Shown piece after piece: positions 60,052-64,000 of a stretch of DNA of 64,000 nt; the first letter of the stretch is position 1; each line of letters opens with the position of its first letter. The notes beneath the pieces were generated by a model, which saw nothing but the letters and a program-made list of their open reading frames with translations, was not told the DNA's origin and made no database searches. The translations under genes were made by a program, and so were the position numbers. Origin of the DNA: Gemmatimonadota bacterium (lineage in GTDB: Bacteria > Gemmatimonadota > Gemmatimonadetes > Gemmatimonadales > GWC2-71-9); assembly GCA_039588055.1 (NCBI GenBank), contig JBDHAN010000004.1, positions 807-64,806 on the forward strand, in the 5' to 3' direction.

Positions 60052-60705
60052 TTGACCATCTCTCCGTTACCGGCTTGGGGTTGCGTGCGGTTTGTGACAT
60101 CCGTAATTGCTACACTCTCAGTGTTGAGTATCGCAGCTTGCACGCGTGATGCGCCGCCCAGGCCTGAGGAACTCCGCGGCACGTTCATGTCTCCGCCAAT
60201 CGAGAAGGCGGACTTCACACTCTCCACAACCAGCGGGGACTCGTTTCAGTTTGCCGAGGAGACCGAAGGGTTCCTGACACTCTTGTTCTTCGGCTACACC
60301 TACTGCCCGGACATCTGTCCCGTGCACATGGCCAACATCGCGGCGGTTCTTCGGAAGCTCCCGCCCCAGTTGGCCAATCGCGTCAAAGTCGTGATGGTGA
60401 CCGTCGATCCGGACCGCGACACGCCTGAACGTTTGCGCCAGTGGCTGGACAACTTCGATCGCTCGTTCATTGGGCTCGCAGGACCAATGGACGAGGTCAA
60501 CGACATCCAGCGCCGATTCAACTTGCCGCCGGCCATCAAACAGGGGGACGGACCGGACTACCTCGTGGGACACGCTGCCTACGTCCTTGCGTTCACAACC
60601 GATAACGCCGCACACGTGATCTCCCCTTCGGGCACCCGCCAACACGAGTGGGCGCACGACATCCCCATCCTCCTCGAAGCGAACTGGAACGGAAGCGCAC
60701 CCTGA
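60052..60705 (+). CDS. SCO1/SenC family copper chaperone lipoprotein
   Basis: FFGYTYCPDICP, VDPDRDT, conserved His (VGHA), lipobox IAAC; start uncertain (60052/60085). Confidence 0.92.
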   Translation: MTISPLPAWGCVRFVTSVIATLSVLSIAACTRDAPPRPEELRGTFMSPPIEKADFTLSTTSGDSFQFAEETEGFLTLLFFGYTYCPDICPVHMANIAAVLRKLPPQLANRVKVVMVTVDPDRDTPERLRQWLDNFDRSFIGLAGPMDEVNDIQRRFNLPPAIKQGDGPDYLVGHAAYVLAFTTDNAAHVISPSGTRQHEWAHDIPILLEANWNGSAP

Positions 60706-61196
60706 ACCGCCCCTTTACAGGACTCTGCGTAATGCTGTTCGTCGGCGGAGGGTGCGCCGGCGACATAGATGTTCGTCGGCCGGTCGCCACTGCCGGCCAG
60801 CTCGCCGTCTACGACGCACTGGCCCCGGCTTCTCCAGCACCGGAGGTCGCATCGCTCTACTTCACGGTCGTCAACTTCGGCGCCCGCGCCGATACGCTGG
60901 AACAGATCGGCACGCCACTTGGCACCGCTCAGCTGCACACTGTCGTCACCGAGGGCGGACGTTCTCTGATGCGTCATGTCGAAGCACTGGAGATTCCACC
61001 CGGCGACACCGTACGACTCGCCCCCGGGGGCTACCACGTGATGCTCACGGATCTGGCAACTCCGCTCCGGGTTGGTGACACACTGCGCGTGACCATCACG
61101 TTTGCCCGCGGCGGAACACTCATGCTCGACGCGCCGGTGCTGACGTACACCGACGTGCTGGAACGCCTAGAAGCTGGAGAGTCCGACAAGCCATGA
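60702..61196 (+). CDS. PCu(A)C periplasmic copper chaperone
   Basis: LH......LMRHV...LAPGGYHVML; start probably CTG 60702. Confidence 0.9.
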   Translation: MNRPFTGLCVMLFVGGGCAGDIDVRRPVATAGQLAVYDALAPASPAPEVASLYFTVVNFGARADTLEQIGTPLGTAQLHTVVTEGGRSLMRHVEALEIPPGDTVRLAPGGYHVMLTDLATPLRVGDTLRVTITFARGGTLMLDAPVLTYTDVLERLEAGESDKP

Positions 61197-62002
61197 CCTG
61201 GTGGTGCGCGGCACAGGGAACACCGTGGGATTGGACCTGGCAGCCGTATCCCGGCGTCTGGATCCTCGTGGGCGCGATGCTGAGCGCCTTCGCGTTTGCC
61301 GTGAGGCGCCCGCCTTCGCGTGAGCGGACTGATCGCTCTCGCGTCGTCACGTTCGTCCTCGGTGTCGTTGCGTTTTGGCTGGCCGCCGACTGGCCCATCG
61401 GACCGCTGGGTGCCGGCTACCTCGTGAGCGTCCACACAGCGCAGTTTCTCGTGTTCACCATGGTGGTTCCGCCACTTCTCCTACATGGCCTGCCACCGTG
61501 GCTCCTACGAAGGCTGCTACACCCTCCTGCGATACAGCGGTCGGCACTCTTCTTCACGCGACCGCTCATCGCGTTTGTGATCTTCAACGTTGTAATGGTC
61601 GCCACACATTTTCCGGCAGTCGTCGACACGCTCAGGCCGACCCAGGTCGGCTCGTTCGGAGTCGACATGGCGTGGCTGTTCGCGGGCATCCTGTTCTGGT
61701 GGGTGGTGCTCGGGCCGCTCGACGAATTCCGTCCACTCTCCTATCCGGGGCGGATCGTGTTTCTCCTACTCAACGTCTTCATCCCAACCGTCCCAGCCTC
61801 GTTTCTGACGTTCGCCGATTATCCCGTCTACGCGCTGTACGAATTGGCGCCACGGGTCGGGAGCATCTCGGCAACGCAGGATCAACAGCTGGCTGGGCTC
61901 ACGATGAAGATTCTGGGCGGATTCATCATCTTCGGCACCGCATCCGTGCTGTTCTTCAGATGGTATGGCGCAGAGCGTGCCCTAGACAGTGACGTGACGT
62001 GA
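61193..62002 (+). CDS. ctaG: Cytochrome c oxidase assembly factor CtaG (caa3 type)
   Basis: SVHTAQF, PPLLL.G.P, DQQLAGL.MK; follows SCO and PCuAC. Confidence 0.85.
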   Translation: MTWWCAAQGTPWDWTWQPYPGVWILVGAMLSAFAFAVRRPPSRERTDRSRVVTFVLGVVAFWLAADWPIGPLGAGYLVSVHTAQFLVFTMVVPPLLLHGLPPWLLRRLLHPPAIQRSALFFTRPLIAFVIFNVVMVATHFPAVVDTLRPTQVGSFGVDMAWLFAGILFWWVVLGPLDEFRPLSYPGRIVFLLLNVFIPTVPASFLTFADYPVYALYELAPRVGSISATQDQQLAGLTMKILGGFIIFGTASVLFFRWYGAERALDSDVT

Positions 62003-62003
62003 G

Positions 62004-62396
62004 CTAGTCCCGGTCGTCCCAGCCCGGATACATCACGAACTCCTCGCGCCGAAACGCCCAGATCAACTTGGCGAGACGATCTTCGGCGGGTTCGGCCCGC
62101 TCGTCAAACTCACGTCGGAGGAGGTCGGCTATCTCGCCAACCGTGTGCTGGCCATCGAGGTGACGCCAGACGAAGCTGCCCATGTCGTCCAGCTTGATGC
62201 GCTTGGCCGACAGCTCGAAGAGGAAGCGATCCAGCAGACGCCTCAGCCCGGTGGAACTCGGGCCTGGTCGAATCACCACGACACGGTCGTCACGCTCCTC
62301 CCACTCGGCACAGCGCTCGGGGGCCAGCTCCAGGAGGTTGACGTCCTCGAGGTCGTCTCGGCGTTGCCGTCTCACGATCGCACCCGTCAAAGCCAC
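62004..62396 (-). CDS. PqqD-like (RRE-fold) protein
   Basis: LDDMGSFVWRHLDGQHTVGEIA..L..EF. Confidence 0.82.
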   Translation of the reverse strand: MALTGAIVRRQRRDDLEDVNLLELAPERCAEWEERDDRVVVIRPGPSSTGLRRLLDRFLFELSAKRIKLDDMGSFVWRHLDGQHTVGEIADLLRREFDERAEPAEDRLAKLIWAFRREEFVMYPGWDDRD

Positions 62397-62402
62397 CGCT
62401 AC

Positions 62403-62434
62403 GAAAACCGCCCCCCAAGATGGGAGGCGGTTTC
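62403..62434 (-). terminator. Hairpin/terminator between the OPT and PqqD-like genes
   Basis: Minus strand reads GAAACCGCCTCCC-ATCTT-GGGGGGCGGTTTTC. Confidence 0.65.
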
Positions 62435-62454
62435 TGTTCGGCTTACACCAGTCG

Positions 62455-64000
62455 TCACTCGCCCACTTTCGCCGCCATCAAACCACCTTCGCGCATCTTC
62501 TTGATCGTGAACCACGCGAGGAGGTACAGCATGATGGGATATGCGATCAGACTCAGGTAGAAGTTCGGCGCGGCGCCACCCGTCAGTCCTTGGAAGGCAA
62601 TCAAACTCGGCACCCGCTCCGCCCCAATGAAGAGGAGCGCCAGCAACACCGCCATCAGTGACTCGCCGGCAATGAAGCCGGAGGACATCAAGATGCCGAC
62701 GTTCTCCGCGCGCTGTTTCTCTTCACCGGTCGCCTTCATGCGCTTGAGGCGCGTGTCGAACACCCAGCGGATCACGCCGCCGACAAAGATCGCGGCCGTC
62801 GACTCGAACGGGAGATACATGCCGACGGCGATGAGCATCGGCGCCGGCGCCTTGATCAGGATGAGCCCCAGTGCGAAGAACGCCCCGACAATGACGAGCG
62901 GCCACGCCATGTCGCCGGCAACGATCCCGTTGGCCATCAGTGCCATGAGACCGGCCTGCGGTGCCGGCAGTTGCGCCGATCCGATCACGTACGCCTTGTG
63001 CAGGGCCATCAACGGGAGTGCCAACACGAACGCGGCAAAGATGACCCCGATGATCTCACCCACCTGCATCTTCCACGGTGTGCCACCGAGAATGTGCCCC
63101 ACCTTGAGGTCCTGCATCATGTCGCCAGCAATGCCGGCGGCACAGCAGACGACGCCCGCAACGCCCAACACGCCGGCCACGCCGCGCACGTCGGTCACGC
63201 CCAGCAGCACCATGAGCAGCGCTGAAATCAACAATGCTGTCAGCGTGAGTCCGGAGATCGGGTTGTTGGAGCTTCCGATCAGTGCAACGAGATACCCTGC
63301 CACTGCGGCGAACAGAAAGCCCAGGATCACCATGGCGATTGTGAGCACCAGGGCGCCTCCGAGCGCCTGCGCAAAGTGGAGATAGAGGAAGAACGTGGCA
63401 ACCGAGGCAAACCCAATCGCCACGAAGATCTTCTTGAGATCGAGGTCGATTTCCGTCCGCTCCATGTCGCCGGTGCCGCCGGACAGATTGATATGCTTGA
63501 GCGCCTTGCCGATGCCCTCGACGAGGGACGTGCGGAGGTTGTACAGCGTGTAGAACGCGGCGACGATCATGGCACCAACGGCGAGTGGCCGGATCTGATT
63601 GAGCCAGATTTGTTCCGCGAGGTCACGCATCGTGTCGTCCGGTCCCATGACCGCGGTGAGGCCCGGGTTGAGGAACAGCGCCAGCGGGACCAGGAGCAAC
63701 CACCCCATCACGGCCCCGGTAAACAGCACCGACGCAATCCGTGTCCCGACGATGTACCCCACGCCCATGAGCATCGGCGACGCATGGGGACTCGTCACCA
63801 GCATGCCGCCCGCGTACTGGATCCGCTCACCCAAGATCTCGACCGAGGATTCCCCAAAGGCGACGAAGCGCCTCGTGCTGTCTTGCACGAATTGAATGCC
63901 CGCGCTGTTCTTGAGGAGCTCCCATAGCGCGGCGAAGCCCATCGCCGCAAACAGATACTTGGCACCCGTCTGTCCTCCCTGCCCAGCCTTCACGATCTCG
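62455..64000 (-). CDS. OPT family oligopeptide transporter, 5' end beyond window
   Basis: GSSNNPISG, QDLKVGHILGGTP, LPAPQAGLMA, AVGMYLP, SGFIAGESL. Confidence 0.93.
   Translation of the reverse strand, partial: EIVKAGQGGQTGAKYLFAAMGFAALWELLKNSAGIQFVQDSTRRFVAFGESSVEILGERIQYAGGMLVTSPHASPMLMGVGYIVGTRIASVLFTGAVMGWLLLVPLALFLNPGLTAVMGPDDTMRDLAEQIWLNQIRPLAVGAMIVAAFYTLYNLRTSLVEGIGKALKHINLSGGTGDMERTEIDLDLKKIFVAIGFASVATFFLYLHFAQALGGALVLTIAMVILGFLFAAVAGYLVALIGSSNNPISGLTLTALLISALLMVLLGVTDVRGVAGVLGVAGVVCCAAGIAGDMMQDLKVGHILGGTPWKMQVGEIIGVIFAAFVLALPLMALHKAYVIGSAQLPAPQAGLMALMANGIVAGDMAWPLVIVGAFFALGLILIKAPAPMLIAVGMYLPFESTAAIFVGGVIRWVFDTRLKRMKATGEEKQRAENVGILMSSGFIAGESLMAVLLALLFIGAERVPSLIAFQGLTGGAAPNFYLSLIAYPIMLYLLAWFTIKKMREGGLMAAKVGE

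Noticed and set aside
1..64000. Prophage, IS, integron, reverse transcriptase/DGR, defence island, tRNA/rRNA
   Set aside because: No recognisable motifs by eye; nearly all sequence is explained by housekeeping or metabolic genes. Small RNAs cannot be excluded without covariance searches.

Overview
GC-rich bacterial chromosomal segment, densely coding (about 50 genes). Gene content tentatively suggests Gemmatimonadota; this is inference, not a database result. I saw no rRNA, tRNA, CRISPR array, integrase or transposase. Main blocks, left to right: ferredoxin-NADP reductase (partial), cobalamin adenosyltransferase-PhzF-aroB; an AT-rich intergenic cluster of DnaA-box-like and IHF-like sites before a sigma-70 gene; a glcD-X-glcE-glcF-ygfZ-Nramp-epimerase operon; an NAD-linked formate dehydrogenase operon (fdhD, NuoE/F fusion, a selenocysteine-containing catalytic subunit that the ORF track splits at an in-frame UGA followed by a canonical SECIS, and a SufS-like desulfurase); an AAA+/VWA pair; a Kgd-type 2-oxoglutarate dehydrogenase; a deacetylase with an extra C-terminal domain; trehalose genes (otsB, galT, treT-like with a YHS tail); a SAM-II riboswitch with terminator ahead of metH-yitJ; a MoxR/DUF58/DUF4350/DUF4129/RDD-SpoIIM cluster; four minor pilins; SCO-PCuAC-CtaG; and a PqqD-like gene downstream of an OPT transporter (partial). 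The most notable signals missing from the ORF track are the Sec recoding site, the SAM-II attenuator, the DnaA-box cluster, a tandem operator palindrome, recurring 7/8-mer arrays and probable non-canonical start codons. Several start coordinates were reassigned by eye using SD sequences and stop/start overlaps.
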